Assembly: GCA_036229005.1 (NCBI GenBank)
Contig: JAZAMN010000031.1
Location: 128,001 to 192,000, forward strand
From: Myxococcota bacterium
GTDB taxonomy: Bacteria > Myxococcota_A > UBA796 > CAJQPC01
DNA: 64,000 nt
Direction: 5' to 3'
Part shown: positions 9,471 through 18,694 of the stretch, one piece after another
How positions within the stretch are numbered: position 1 is the first letter of the stretch
Layout: each line of letters opens with the position of its first letter
The notes under the pieces: model-generated
The model's input: the letters and a program-made list of their open reading frames with translations, nothing else
Database searches by the model: none
Told to the model about the DNA's origin: nothing
Program-made: the position numbers and the translations under genes

Positions 9471-11327
9471 GTGAACTCCCGTCAGCTCCCCCTCCGTCTG
9501 CTCGCAGCCCTCCCCCTGGTCCTGCTCCCCATCGGCCTCGCCGCCAAGGCCGCCCCCAGCGGCGTCTGGACCCGCATCCCCGGCGCCCCCGACCACATGG
9601 CCACCTGGTCCATGGTCTACCTGGACGCGCTGGGCCAGGGCAGCCCACAGCTCTACAGCGTCACCCACGCCGGCCCGGCCTATGGCTGGACCTGGGAAGA
9701 GGGCGCCTTCCGCGCGCTGGAGCAGACCCCCTGGGGCGAGATCAAGGGCGACCGCCACGCCGTGACCCCCTGCGACATCGACCGGGACGGTGACCTGGAC
9801 CTGATCCAGGCCTGGGGCGGCGGAAAGGGCGGCGGCGGAGAGGGCGCGCGGGTCCTGCTCCGGGAGGGAGAGGGCTATGAGCGCGTGTTCATCCCGGGGA
9901 CCACCGCTCTGAGGATGCGGGGCGCCTCCTGCCTGGACGTGGACTTTGATGGCACCGTCGAGGTCTATCTGCCCGGTCACGGCACCTCTGCCGCCGACCA
10001 GCTCTACAGCGTGGCCTTCTCGGCCCAAGGCGGCCTGGACTTCGTGGAGCGGAGCCAGCAGTTTGGCCTCGCTCGGGGGGAGAGCACCTACGGGGGTCTG
10101 TTCGGGGACCTGGACTCGGACGGTGATCTCGACCTGTTGAGGCTCCAGGAGGGCGCCGCTGTCCTCCTCCTGCAGCAGGACGGGCGCTTCTCCGAGGCCC
10201 CCTGGCAGCCCGACCAGAAGCGCGTGCGGGACATCGCGCTGGACGACGTCAACGGCGACGGGCACCTGGACATCCTGCTGGGACGGGCCGGCTACTTTGG
10301 CGACGCGGCCGGGGACGGTGGGGCCTTCCTGCGCCTGGACTCCGGAGACAGCGACAGCCTGGTCTGGCGGGTCCCCGAGCAGTGCACAATGGTGCGGGCC
10401 GAGGCCAACGGCACCTTCGCGGGCAAGCCGGCCCTGATCACCCTGCCCGACGGGAGCCGGGACAAGCGGGTCTACCTGCGCATGGACCAGAGCGCCCTGG
10501 AGACCCAGCCCGAGCAGAACCAGGGGCTGCTGCTGTGGACCACCCCCGAGCTCGGCCTGCTGCACCTGAGCGCACAGGGCGTGAAGGGCCGGGTGCAGCT
10601 CGGCGTGGACTGCCCCAAGGAGGGCGGCCTGCGCCCCGAGCTGGTGCACGCCGACATCGACACCCGCAAGCCCATGGAGGTCGCCGACCGGCTCTACCTG
10701 GGGGACGGCCAGGGGGGCTTCACCGAGCACCCGCTGCCCCCTGAGATCGCCGCGCTGGAGACCCAGGACCTGCTGCTCCTGGACGTGGATCTGGACGGCG
10801 ACCTGGACCTGTTCATCGTCAGCGAGAACGCCCCGGGCACCTACGACAACCAGCCGGACATGCTGCTGCTCAATGACGGCGCGGGCGGCTTCTCTCCGGC
10901 CCCGGGCTTCCCCACCGAGGGCCCGCAGGAGGACCTGTACGGCCACACCGTGCTCCCCCTGGACCTGAGCGGCGACCGCTACCCTGAGCTGCTGGTCTCC
11001 AACGGCGAGTACCTGGGCCCTCTGGCCGGCACCCCCGCGCTCTGGCTCAACCCCGGTGGCACCAACCACTGGCTGCAGGTGGACGCCCGGGACGCGGACG
11101 GACACCCCGCCCTGCACGCCCGGGTCACCGTCATCGCCGGGGGCCGCAGACAGACCCGCAGCAGCAACCCCTTCCCAGACTTCCGCAACCACAGCGCGGG
11201 CGTGGCGACCACCTTTGGGCTGGGAGACGCCAGCCGCGCCAAGGTCATCGTGGAGTGGCCAGACGGCAGCCGCCGGGTGAAGCGCTTCGTGACCGCCGAC
11301 CAGGTCCTCACCGTGGAGCACCCGTGA
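9471..11327 (+). CDS. CRTAC1-like protein with FG-GAP/VCBS repeats and C-terminal ASPIC/UnbV domain
   Basis: Repeated DxDxDGDLDL motifs; C-terminal NHWLQV..TFGLG..VEWPDG; signal peptide. Confidence 0.85.
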   Translation: MNSRQLPLRLLAALPLVLLPIGLAAKAAPSGVWTRIPGAPDHMATWSMVYLDALGQGSPQLYSVTHAGPAYGWTWEEGAFRALEQTPWGEIKGDRHAVTPCDIDRDGDLDLIQAWGGGKGGGGEGARVLLREGEGYERVFIPGTTALRMRGASCLDVDFDGTVEVYLPGHGTSAADQLYSVAFSAQGGLDFVERSQQFGLARGESTYGGLFGDLDSDGDLDLLRLQEGAAVLLLQQDGRFSEAPWQPDQKRVRDIALDDVNGDGHLDILLGRAGYFGDAAGDGGAFLRLDSGDSDSLVWRVPEQCTMVRAEANGTFAGKPALITLPDGSRDKRVYLRMDQSALETQPEQNQGLLLWTTPELGLLHLSAQGVKGRVQLGVDCPKEGGLRPELVHADIDTRKPMEVADRLYLGDGQGGFTEHPLPPEIAALETQDLLLLDVDLDGDLDLFIVSENAPGTYDNQPDMLLLNDGAGGFSPAPGFPTEGPQEDLYGHTVLPLDLSGDRYPELLVSNGEYLGPLAGTPALWLNPGGTNHWLQVDARDADGHPALHARVTVIAGGRRQTRSSNPFPDFRNHSAGVATTFGLGDASRAKVIVEWPDGSRRVKRFVTADQVLTVEHP

Positions 11328-11635
11328 ACCTGAGCCCCACCCACCAGGCCCGCTTTGACGCCCTGCTGGTGGCCCCCCTGGAGTCCAACCGCAAGGTCAA
11401 GCGCGGGCTGGAGGCCTTCGTGAAGGGCCTGCCCGACAGCGAGCAGCGCCGCGTCGCCCAGGGCGCACTGGACCTGGTCGACTGCCTGGAGCGCAAGACC
11501 TCGCCGCTCTACGTGCGCCTGACCCACGCCTGCGCCGCCTTCGTCCAGGAGGTCGCCGACCCCGCCCCCTGCCTGGAGGTCGTCAACAGCGTGGCCCGTC
11601 AGTGCAAGCGCTTCGAGCGGGTGCTCCCCGAGTGA
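11324..11635 (+). CDS. Hypothetical protein
   Basis: GTGA overlaps with both neighbours; GC3-biased codons. Confidence 0.6.
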   Translation: MNLSPTHQARFDALLVAPLESNRKVKRGLEAFVKGLPDSEQRRVAQGALDLVDCLERKTSPLYVRLTHACAAFVQEVADPAPCLEVVNSVARQCKRFERVLPE

Positions 11636-13263
11636 CCGGTCCCGGCCGCACCCAGCTCCTGGCCCTTGCGGCGGTGCTCCTGCTCCTGCCGATGCTGCTG
11701 GCGTGGCCCCTGCCCCAGGTCTTCGCGACCGAGGTCCTCACCCACCCCGAGCGCGAGGCCGCCGCGCACATCTGGGGCTTGTGGGCAGGCGGGCACCTGG
11801 GCCAGCCCCTGCTCGTCCAGACCTCCGCGACCGGCTACCCCGACGGCTTCTCCCTGGTGCTCGTCGACCCCGGGCAGCTCCCCCTCTACTGGCTCTTTGG
11901 CTGGATCTCCCCCGCCGCCGGCTACAACGGCCTGATCTGGGGCAACCTGGTCCTGGCGGGGGTCTCCGGCGCGCTCCTGGCCCACCGCCAGCGGGCCTCA
12001 TTGCCCCTGGGCGCCGCCCTCGCGATGGCCTGCCCCACCCTGCTGGCCTCCACCGCCGAGGGCACCACCGAAGACTTCGCCGCCCCCTGGGTCCTGCTCC
12101 AGCTCGTCCTGCTCCTGCGGCTGGTCGACAAGCCCTCCACCGGGCGCTTGCTGTCCTTCGCCCTGGCCTTCGCGTGGACCTCCTGGTGCGGGCCCTACAA
12201 CGCCGTGTGGTCCGCGTTCGTGGACGGCGCCATCGGGGTTGGGCTCCTGCTCCAGAGGCGCTGGCGGCCCGCCGGATTCGCGGTCGCGGGCGCTGGACTC
12301 GGTGGCCTGCTCATCCTCCCCCAGCTCTGGTCCCTGGGGCAGCGCAGCCCTGGACTCCCGGGCACTTCGGAGCGGGCAGGTCTCCCGGAGGTGTTCGAAT
12401 CGGCCTCCTTTCGCGGGGGACTGCACCACGGCGCCGACTTGATGGACCCCCTCGTGCCGGGGCTTCTGACCACCGGCGAGGGCATCGTCTCGCACACCGC
12501 CTACCTGGGGCTCGCGGCCGTCCTGCTGGCGGGCTGGGCCGTCGCCCAGGACCGCCGCCTCTGGCCCTGGCTGGTGGGCGCGCTGCTGATGTCCTCGCTG
12601 TCGCTGGGGCCCTACCTGTACTTCAAGGGCCAGGTTGTCGAGGCGTTGGGCCACATCGCCTTGGGGCCCGCTGGATTCCTCATGCAGGCCCTCCCTCCCC
12701 TGGCGCGCCTGACCCGCTGGTACCGGGCAGGGGCCGTGGCGAGCTTCCTGCTGATCGTCCCCCTGCTGGAGCTGGCCAAGGGAGCCCGCTGGCGCGCCCC
12801 GGTGATCGCGGCGTTGATCCTGGCGGATCTCCTCTTCTCCGCGCCGCTGCAGTGGCCCCTGCACCACCACCCTCTGCCCACCGCCCTGCCCCCGGGGGGG
12901 CCCCTGCTGGAGTTCCCGGCCTTCACCACCATGACCCCGCCTCCGGGGAGCTGGCGGGACCACAGCGCCCTGTCCCAGACCCAGCACGGCCGGCCCATCC
13001 CGGGGACCTTCATGGAGGCGCCCGGGAGAGAGGCCTCCGCGGCCATCCGCCACACCCAGGAGCTCGCGCTGCGCGGCAGCCTCCCCGCGTCCGCCATCCG
13101 CAAGCTGCGCGCCCAGGGCTGGGAGGCGCTGGTGGTGCACCCCGACCTGCTGCCCCCGCACTCGGGCTGGGAGCGCACTCTGAGCTGTCTGGGAGAGCCC
13201 ACCCTGCGCGCGGACGACGCGGTGCTCTACTCGCTGGAGGCGCTGGAGTCCTGCACCCGATAA
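11632..13263 (+). CDS. Polytopic membrane protein, probable GT-C/YfhO-like glycosyltransferase
   Basis: Many hydrophobic segments, HIWGLW and YPDG..GYN-type luminal loop, soluble C-terminal domain; function inferred. Confidence 0.6.
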   Translation: MTGPGRTQLLALAAVLLLLPMLLAWPLPQVFATEVLTHPEREAAAHIWGLWAGGHLGQPLLVQTSATGYPDGFSLVLVDPGQLPLYWLFGWISPAAGYNGLIWGNLVLAGVSGALLAHRQRASLPLGAALAMACPTLLASTAEGTTEDFAAPWVLLQLVLLLRLVDKPSTGRLLSFALAFAWTSWCGPYNAVWSAFVDGAIGVGLLLQRRWRPAGFAVAGAGLGGLLILPQLWSLGQRSPGLPGTSERAGLPEVFESASFRGGLHHGADLMDPLVPGLLTTGEGIVSHTAYLGLAAVLLAGWAVAQDRRLWPWLVGALLMSSLSLGPYLYFKGQVVEALGHIALGPAGFLMQALPPLARLTRWYRAGAVASFLLIVPLLELAKGARWRAPVIAALILADLLFSAPLQWPLHHHPLPTALPPGGPLLEFPAFTTMTPPPGSWRDHSALSQTQHGRPIPGTFMEAPGREASAAIRHTQELALRGSLPASAIRKLRAQGWEALVVHPDLLPPHSGWERTLSCLGEPTLRADDAVLYSLEALESCTR

Positions 13264-13287
13264 GCCCACCCCAAATGGAGCTTTGCC

Positions 13288-13716
13288 ATGTTTGCCTTGT
13301 TTGTCTTGTCCATCGCCTGCGGCGCCCCTGACGCCCCGGCTGCCAGCAGCAGCGCCCCGAGCAGCGAGCCGGCCGCGGCGCAATCGGTCGAGAGCCTGAT
13401 CCCTGGCGGCCAGCGGATCGACGACAAGCTGGTCGTCGGCGGTCAGCCCAGCCAGGACGCCCTCCAGGCCTACAAGGACGCCGGGTTCACCACCATCATC
13501 AACCTGCGCACCCCCGGCGAGATGCGCTTTGACGAGGCCGGCGTGGTCCAAGGGCTCGGCATGACCTACGTGAACATCCCCGTGGGCGGCGCCTCGGACA
13601 TCAACCCGGAGAACGCCGCCAAGGTGCAGGAGCTGATCGCCAGCTCCCAGGGCCAGGTCCTCCTGCACTGCGCCAGCGGCAACCGGGTGGGCCAGCTCCG
13701 CGCGGTCATGAACTGA
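13288..13716 (+). CDS. DUF442/Blh-type sulfurtransferase or PTP-like lipoprotein
   Basis: GGQP, IINLR and HCASGNR active-site loop; lipobox SIAC; GGAG SD. Confidence 0.82.
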   Translation: MFALFVLSIACGAPDAPAASSSAPSSEPAAAQSVESLIPGGQRIDDKLVVGGQPSQDALQAYKDAGFTTIINLRTPGEMRFDEAGVVQGLGMTYVNIPVGGASDINPENAAKVQELIASSQGQVLLHCASGNRVGQLRAVMN

Positions 13717-13723
13717 GGCTGCG

Positions 13724-14302
13724 ATGACCCTGCTCCCCCTGCTGCTCGCGTGCTCGGACCCGGTGACCTCGCCTGGGTCCGATGGCGTGGACAGCGGCGG
13801 GGGCCAGGATTCGGTGGGGTGGGCCACGCTGCACGGCGAGCCCATCAGCCCCGCCATCCCCCTGCCGGACTTTGACGGCGTCCGGGACTCCAGCGGTGCG
13901 GTCGTCGGCCCCGAGGACCTGAAGGGACACGCCACGGTGATGTGGTTCTACCCGGCAGCGGGGACCTACGGCTGAACGGCCGAAGGTTGCGGGTACCGCG
14001 ACCTCTACGCAGACTTTCAGGCCCTGGGCGTCGAGATCATCGGCGTGAGCTTCGACACGCCCCAGGACAACGCCGGCTTCATCCAGGCGGAGGGCTTCCA
14101 GTACGCGCTGTGGAGCGACCTGGAGCGGGAGCTGGCGCTGGTCTACGGCGCGGCCGACAGCGCGGATCAGGCCAGAGCGGACCGCCGAACGGTGCTCCTG
14201 GATGCCCAAGGCGCCGCGATCCTGCGCTACAGCCCCGGTCTCAGCGTCGGCGCACACCCCCAGGAAGTGCTGGAGGACTGCCAAGCGCTGTTTGGGGACT
14301 GA
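13724..14302 (+). CDS. BCP/PrxQ-type peroxiredoxin lipoprotein, probable selenoprotein (TGA 13973-13975 as Sec84)
   Basis: Reading through the TGA gives WFYPAAGTYG-U-TAEGCGYRD..GVEIIGVSFD..LWSD..R, the BCP YPxxxTxGCTxExC motif. It joins track ORFs 13724..13975 and 14045..14302 in one frame (192 aa). Confidence 0.9.
13984..14004 (+). promoter_or_regulatory. Putative bacterial SECIS hairpin
   Basis: AGGTTGCG-GGTAC-CGCGACCT stem-loop starting 8 nt after the in-frame TGA; resembles the E. coli fdhF upper stem GGUUGCAGGUCUGCACC. Confidence 0.75.
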
Positions 14303-14409
14303 GCGCCCAGCCGACCGAGCGGACCTGTCCCCCCAGCGTTTCAGAGCTGTCACAGCCGGGCCCGACTTTGGTGAGCAGACTCTCCGCTCACCCAAGCCTG
14401 GAGCTCCCC

Positions 14410-14508
14410 ATGTACGACCCGATGGTCCTTGTCGACTGCATGCTGCGCCCTGGCTTTGCTGAGATCGAGCTGGTCTCCAATCCGACCCTGACCGGACGGA
14501 CCGCCTAG
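14410..14508 (+). CDS. Possible 32-aa small ORF or leader peptide upstream of the MATE gene
   Basis: GGAG SD 6 nt before ATG; MYDPMVLVDCMLRPGFAEIELVSNPTLTGRTA; no recognised homology. Confidence 0.35.
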   Translation: MYDPMVLVDCMLRPGFAEIELVSNPTLTGRTA

Positions 14509-14601
14509 CCAGGCCGCACAGCCCCGCGGTCCCCGACCGCCCGCCGCCGGAGCCGAGCGCGCTCCGCCTGCCCCAGCTCCATCGAACACTGGAGGTGTGC
14601 C

Positions 14602-15990
14602 GTGTCGGCACGCCATGGCAGCAGCCTGCTGCCCGTACATCGCGAAATTTCCGTCTCCGACGTCTTCATCCTCGCCTGGCCGATCATGGTCAGCATGCTC
14701 TCCCGCACCGCCATGACCACGGCGGACTCCCTGTTCGTGGGCCAGCTCGGCACCACGCCCATGGCCGCCGTGGGCCTGGGCGGCGTGGCCACCTGGTTCG
14801 GCCTCTCCTTCGGGATGGGCCTGCTGTCCTCGGTACAGGTCTCCGTCGCAAAGCGTGTGGGTGCCGCCCGCTTCGAGGTGGTGCGCCGCCTGCTGTGGCA
14901 GGGCCTCTGGCTCGCTCTGGCTGTCGGCGTCCCCGTGGCGCTCGCCGGCTACAGCGGTCCCCTGCTCTTCCCCCTGATGGGCGCGGGCCCCGAGGCCACG
15001 GAGCTGGCCAGCAGCTACTTCTCGATCACTATGCTGGGCGCGCCCCTGACCTTCGTGAACGTGGCCCTGATGGGCTGGTTCCAGGGCCGCGGGGACACGC
15101 GCACGCCCATGGTCGCCACGGTGGGCGCCAACCTGCTGAACATCGCCCTGGACCCCCTGTTCATCTTTGGGTGGGGGCCCGTCCCGGCCGGTGGGATGCC
15201 CGGCGCGGCCATCGCGACGGTGCTCTCGGTGGGCGTGTCCGTGGCCTTCCTGGCCTGGCGGGCCTGGCCCATGGCCGGCGCCCTGGTGCGTCCCATCCCC
15301 GCCCTGCTGCGCTCCATGTGGCGGGTCGGGTTCCCGGTGGGCGTGCAGTGGACCCTGGATGTCGCCAGCTTCCTGGCCTTCGTGTCCGTGCTCGCGCACG
15401 CCGGAGAGGCCCACCTCGCCGCCCACGTGATCGCCATCCGCATCGTCTCGATCAGCTTCCTGCCGGGCCACGCCGCGGGGGAGGCCGCCGGGGTGATGGT
15501 GGGGCAGGCCCTGGGCTCCAAGCGTCCCGAGAAGGCGCGCGAGGCCTGGCGGGCCGGGACCCGACTGGCGGTGCTGGTCATGGCCAGCGCGTCCCTGTTC
15601 TTTGTCATCTCCCCCACCACCCTGGTGTCCCTGTTCGGCGCCGAAGAGCAGGTGCTCTACATCGGCGGCAGCCTCGTGCTCGTGGCCGCGGGCTTCCAGA
15701 TCTTCGACGGCGTCGCGATGGTGGCGCTCTCCGCACTGCGCGGGGCCGGGGACACGCGCTGGCCCATGGTCGTGTGCGCCCTCAGCTCCTGGCTGATCAA
15801 GATCCCCGCGGGGGTCCTGTTGGCCCTGCCCCTGGGTCTGGGCGCGGCCGGCGCCTGGATGGGGCTGACGGTGGAGATCGCGGTGCTCGCGGCCCTCGCG
15901 GTCTGGCGGATCCAGGGCACGCGCTGGCTGACGGTGTCCTCGCCGGCGCCCAGAAAGCGCACCCGAGTGAAGGCGGTAGCCGCCGCGTGA
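14602..15990 (+). CDS. MATE family efflux transporter
   Basis: LAWPIM, DSLFVGQLG, FQGRGDTRTPM, NIALDPLFIFG and LRGAGDT motifs; GGAGG SD. Confidence 0.95.
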   Translation: MSARHGSSLLPVHREISVSDVFILAWPIMVSMLSRTAMTTADSLFVGQLGTTPMAAVGLGGVATWFGLSFGMGLLSSVQVSVAKRVGAARFEVVRRLLWQGLWLALAVGVPVALAGYSGPLLFPLMGAGPEATELASSYFSITMLGAPLTFVNVALMGWFQGRGDTRTPMVATVGANLLNIALDPLFIFGWGPVPAGGMPGAAIATVLSVGVSVAFLAWRAWPMAGALVRPIPALLRSMWRVGFPVGVQWTLDVASFLAFVSVLAHAGEAHLAAHVIAIRIVSISFLPGHAAGEAAGVMVGQALGSKRPEKAREAWRAGTRLAVLVMASASLFFVISPTTLVSLFGAEEQVLYIGGSLVLVAAGFQIFDGVAMVALSALRGAGDTRWPMVVCALSSWLIKIPAGVLLALPLGLGAAGAWMGLTVEIAVLAALAVWRIQGTRWLTVSSPAPRKRTRVKAVAAA

Positions 15991-16025
15991 AACAAAGGCT
16001 TGTAGGAGGGGGTTAGCTTGGGTGC

Positions 16026-17381
16026 ATGCTCAAGCTCCTCCTCCTCACCCTCTCCCCCGCTCTGCCCCTCTTCACGGCCAAGACCCCGCCCGCAAGCGAG
16101 GACACCACGGCCGCTGAGAAGGGCCCGCCCGCCCTGGTCTACGTGACCACCAAGGACGGCGCGCAGGTCAGCCCGGGCAAGGTGAACATCGTCCTGGAGT
16201 TCGATCGCCCCATGGACGCCCGGAGCATGTCCTGGGTCCCCCTGGACGACGTGGCCTTCCCCCCGCACGAGCAGGCGCCCCACTGGGTGCACGGGCGAGT
16301 GTGCAGCTTCGTGGCCGAACTTGAGCCCGGCGTGGAGTACGGGTTCGGGCTGAACACCGGCGGACAGACAGGCTTTGTGGATCTGGACGGCACCCCCCTG
16401 CCGGCCATCGAGATCCGCTTCACCGCAGCCACCGAGGCCTTGGGCCCCGAGAACCTGGCCGTGCAGGAGGCCGCCGCGGCGGTGCTCATGCAGTACATGC
16501 GGGATGACTACGCCTTTCGCGCGCAGCGGGACGTGGACTGGGCGGCGTGGGAGCAGGAGACCCGACAGGCGCTCGCAGCCACCCGCGACGTGGCCCCCTT
16601 CATCGAGGTCGCCAAGCAGCAGCTCGCCCAGCTCCAGGACCTGCACATCCGCGTGGGCCGGCAGGACAAGCTGCAGCCCACCTACATCCCCAAGGCCTCG
16701 CTCAACCGGCACCCCACGCGGCTGCTGGCCCAGCTCGAGGCCCCGACCACCCACAGCCGGGACGTGATGACCGCGCGCGCAGGGGAACTCGGCTACCTGT
16801 ACGTGGGCGCGCTGTTCAACGGCGACGAGGGCGAGGACGAGAAGGGCAACCCCAAGCCCGATCTGGAGCGGGAGGCGCTGGAGGCGGCCCTCAAGGCGCT
16901 CAAGGGCAGCGCGGGCGTCGTGGTGGACCTGCGCGCGGCGATGGGGGGGGACATGGCCCTGGCCGAGCTGATCGGCAGCCACTTCGTCTCCGAGCCCGTG
17001 ACCTGGGGGATGCTCCTGCCCACCGGGGGCGAGGCCAGCCCGTTGGTGCTCGAGCCCGCACGGCCCACCATCGACGGTCCCGTGGCCGTCCTCCAGTCGG
17101 GCCGGAACATGGACGAGAGCGAGCGCCTGCTGATGATGTTGAGGCAGGCCCCCGTGACCCGCAGCTTTGGCGAGACCAGCTTCGGCAGCATCGCCGAGCC
17201 GGAGCTGCTGGACCTGAGCAACAACGTGCACGTGGCGCTGCCCACCCGGGCGACCCTGACCCCCGAGATGGGCGTGGTCGAGGGCGTGGGCCTGGTCCCC
17301 GACGAGCCCGTGGCCTGGACCCAGAGCGGCCCGGACCCTGTGCTGGCGGCGGCGCTGGAGTGGCTCAAGAGCCAGGGCTGA
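16026..17381 (+). CDS. S41-peptidase-like protein with N-terminal Ig-like domain; catalytic Ser apparently lost
   Basis: LEFDRPMD Ig-like motif; LQDLHI, GYL, VVDLR..GGD, FGETSFG and EGVGLVPD; NMDESE where S41 has xxSxxE. Confidence 0.75.
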   Translation: MLKLLLLTLSPALPLFTAKTPPASEDTTAAEKGPPALVYVTTKDGAQVSPGKVNIVLEFDRPMDARSMSWVPLDDVAFPPHEQAPHWVHGRVCSFVAELEPGVEYGFGLNTGGQTGFVDLDGTPLPAIEIRFTAATEALGPENLAVQEAAAAVLMQYMRDDYAFRAQRDVDWAAWEQETRQALAATRDVAPFIEVAKQQLAQLQDLHIRVGRQDKLQPTYIPKASLNRHPTRLLAQLEAPTTHSRDVMTARAGELGYLYVGALFNGDEGEDEKGNPKPDLEREALEAALKALKGSAGVVVDLRAAMGGDMALAELIGSHFVSEPVTWGMLLPTGGEASPLVLEPARPTIDGPVAVLQSGRNMDESERLLMMLRQAPVTRSFGETSFGSIAEPELLDLSNNVHVALPTRATLTPEMGVVEGVGLVPDEPVAWTQSGPDPVLAAALEWLKSQG

Positions 17382-17467
17382 GGGGCGGGATCGGCCTTTG
17401 GCTAGGAAGCCGCGGGGATTCCGGGGAGGCGATTCGCGGGCACCTTGGGGCTCCAACTGGAGACCCC

Positions 17468-18694
17468 ATGCTGCTGCTTCTCGCAATGTTCGCCTGCACC
17501 GACGACCCCACCGGAGACAGCGGACCTCTGTCCACTGACGACACCGCCAGCGAGGACACCGGTCCCCAGGACACCGGTCCCCAGGACACGGGACCCCAGG
17601 ACACGGGTGACGGCCCGGTCGACGCCGACGGGGACGGCTACACCGAGGGCGAGGACTGCGACGACAGCGACCCCGCGGTACACCCCGGCGCGACCGAGGT
17701 CTGCGACGGGCGGGACAACGACTGCGACGCCAGCACCACCGAGAGCGGCGTGTACCTGGAGCTCGCCAGCGGCGGCATCGACTACAGCGCCGAGTTCTCC
17801 GCCGCGAGCCCGGCCAACATCGCGCTCTTGGAGTCGGCCACCCTGCATGTGTGCCCCGGGCGCTGGACGGGCCGCCTGCTCACCGCCAGCGACCTGAGCG
17901 TGGTCGGCCACGGCGGCACCCCCGAGGAGATCGTGCTGGACGCCGTGGCCGCCGGGACCCTCCTGAGCCTGCGGGGCGCGGGGAGCACGGTGCAGCTCAG
18001 CGGGCTGACCCTGGAGAACGGGGCCACCTCTCCCCAGGACAGCCAGGAGTTCGGCGGGGGCGCCTACCGGGGCGCGGGGGGCATCGGCTGCCTGTCCAAT
18101 GGGGCGCGGCACAGCCTGACCCTGGACAACGTGCGCCTGGACGACAACCTGGGGGAGGCCGGCGGCGCGATCACCCTGGAGTCCTGCGACCTGAGCGCCA
18201 CCGGCGTGGAGATCAACGGCTCGCAGGCCACCGTGGGCGGCGCCATCTTCGCCTTGGACTCGAACGTGGAGCTGACGGACAGCAGCCTGCAGGAGAACAG
18301 CGCCAACACCACCGGCGGCGCGATCCACATGGAGGCCGGCGGCAGCGCCGACACCCTGATCTTGACGGGGGTGACGATGGCCTTGAACACCGCCGTCGGC
18401 CAGGGCGGCGCCGTGCGCATCGCCGGCGGGGTCAACCTGGACTGCAGCGACAGCAGCTTCACGTACAACCTGAGCAGGACCAGCCTGGCGTCCACGGTCA
18501 TCAGCAACCAAGGCGGAGGCATCCTCTCGGCCGGCTGCAGCCTGGGACAGGCCGGGGCGCTGGGGGACAACGGCGTGGTGGAGGTCCACCTGGAGGACTC
18601 GGGCAAGCTCTACCAGGGCGGCGACAACGTCGACTTTGCCTGCGACGCGGACGCGTGCACCGGGGACCTGAGCGAGGTGCGGGTCAAGGGCTGA
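17468..18694 (+). CDS. Lipoprotein with MopE-type metal-binding motif and beta-helix repeats (paralog 1)
   Basis: MLLLLAMFAC; DCDDSDPAVHPGATEVCDGRDNDCD; GGAI repeats; GGAG SD. Confidence 0.85.
   Translation: MLLLLAMFACTDDPTGDSGPLSTDDTASEDTGPQDTGPQDTGPQDTGDGPVDADGDGYTEGEDCDDSDPAVHPGATEVCDGRDNDCDASTTESGVYLELASGGIDYSAEFSAASPANIALLESATLHVCPGRWTGRLLTASDLSVVGHGGTPEEIVLDAVAAGTLLSLRGAGSTVQLSGLTLENGATSPQDSQEFGGGAYRGAGGIGCLSNGARHSLTLDNVRLDDNLGEAGGAITLESCDLSATGVEINGSQATVGGAIFALDSNVELTDSSLQENSANTTGGAIHMEAGGSADTLILTGVTMALNTAVGQGGAVRIAGGVNLDCSDSSFTYNLSRTSLASTVISNQGGGILSAGCSLGQAGALGDNGVVEVHLEDSGKLYQGGDNVDFACDADACTGDLSEVRVKG
17554..17607 (+). repeat. 15-bp coding tandem repeat encoding (DTGPQ)x3
   Basis: ggacaccggtcccca twice plus variant ggacacgggacccca, then a partial copy. 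Confidence 0.85.

Noticed and set aside
7857..11321. 1154-aa minus-strand ORF, and similar long ORFs such as 23371-25737, 47896-50313 and 11998-13935
   Set aside because: Antisense shadows of well-supported genes, expected at this GC content; no recognisable motifs.
13714..13716. TGA ending the DUF442 gene as a second Sec codon
   Set aside because: It does not align with a catalytic Cys and is directly followed by the SD and ATG of the next gene.
13724..14302. Peroxiredoxin as a pseudogene or two separate ORFs
   Set aside because: The only interruption is a TGA at the catalytic Cys followed by a SECIS-like hairpin; Sec read-through explains it better.
14348..14354. TGTCACA as an ECF41 promoter -35 element
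   Set aside because: No CGTC -10 element at the expected spacing, and it is far from the ECF41 locus.
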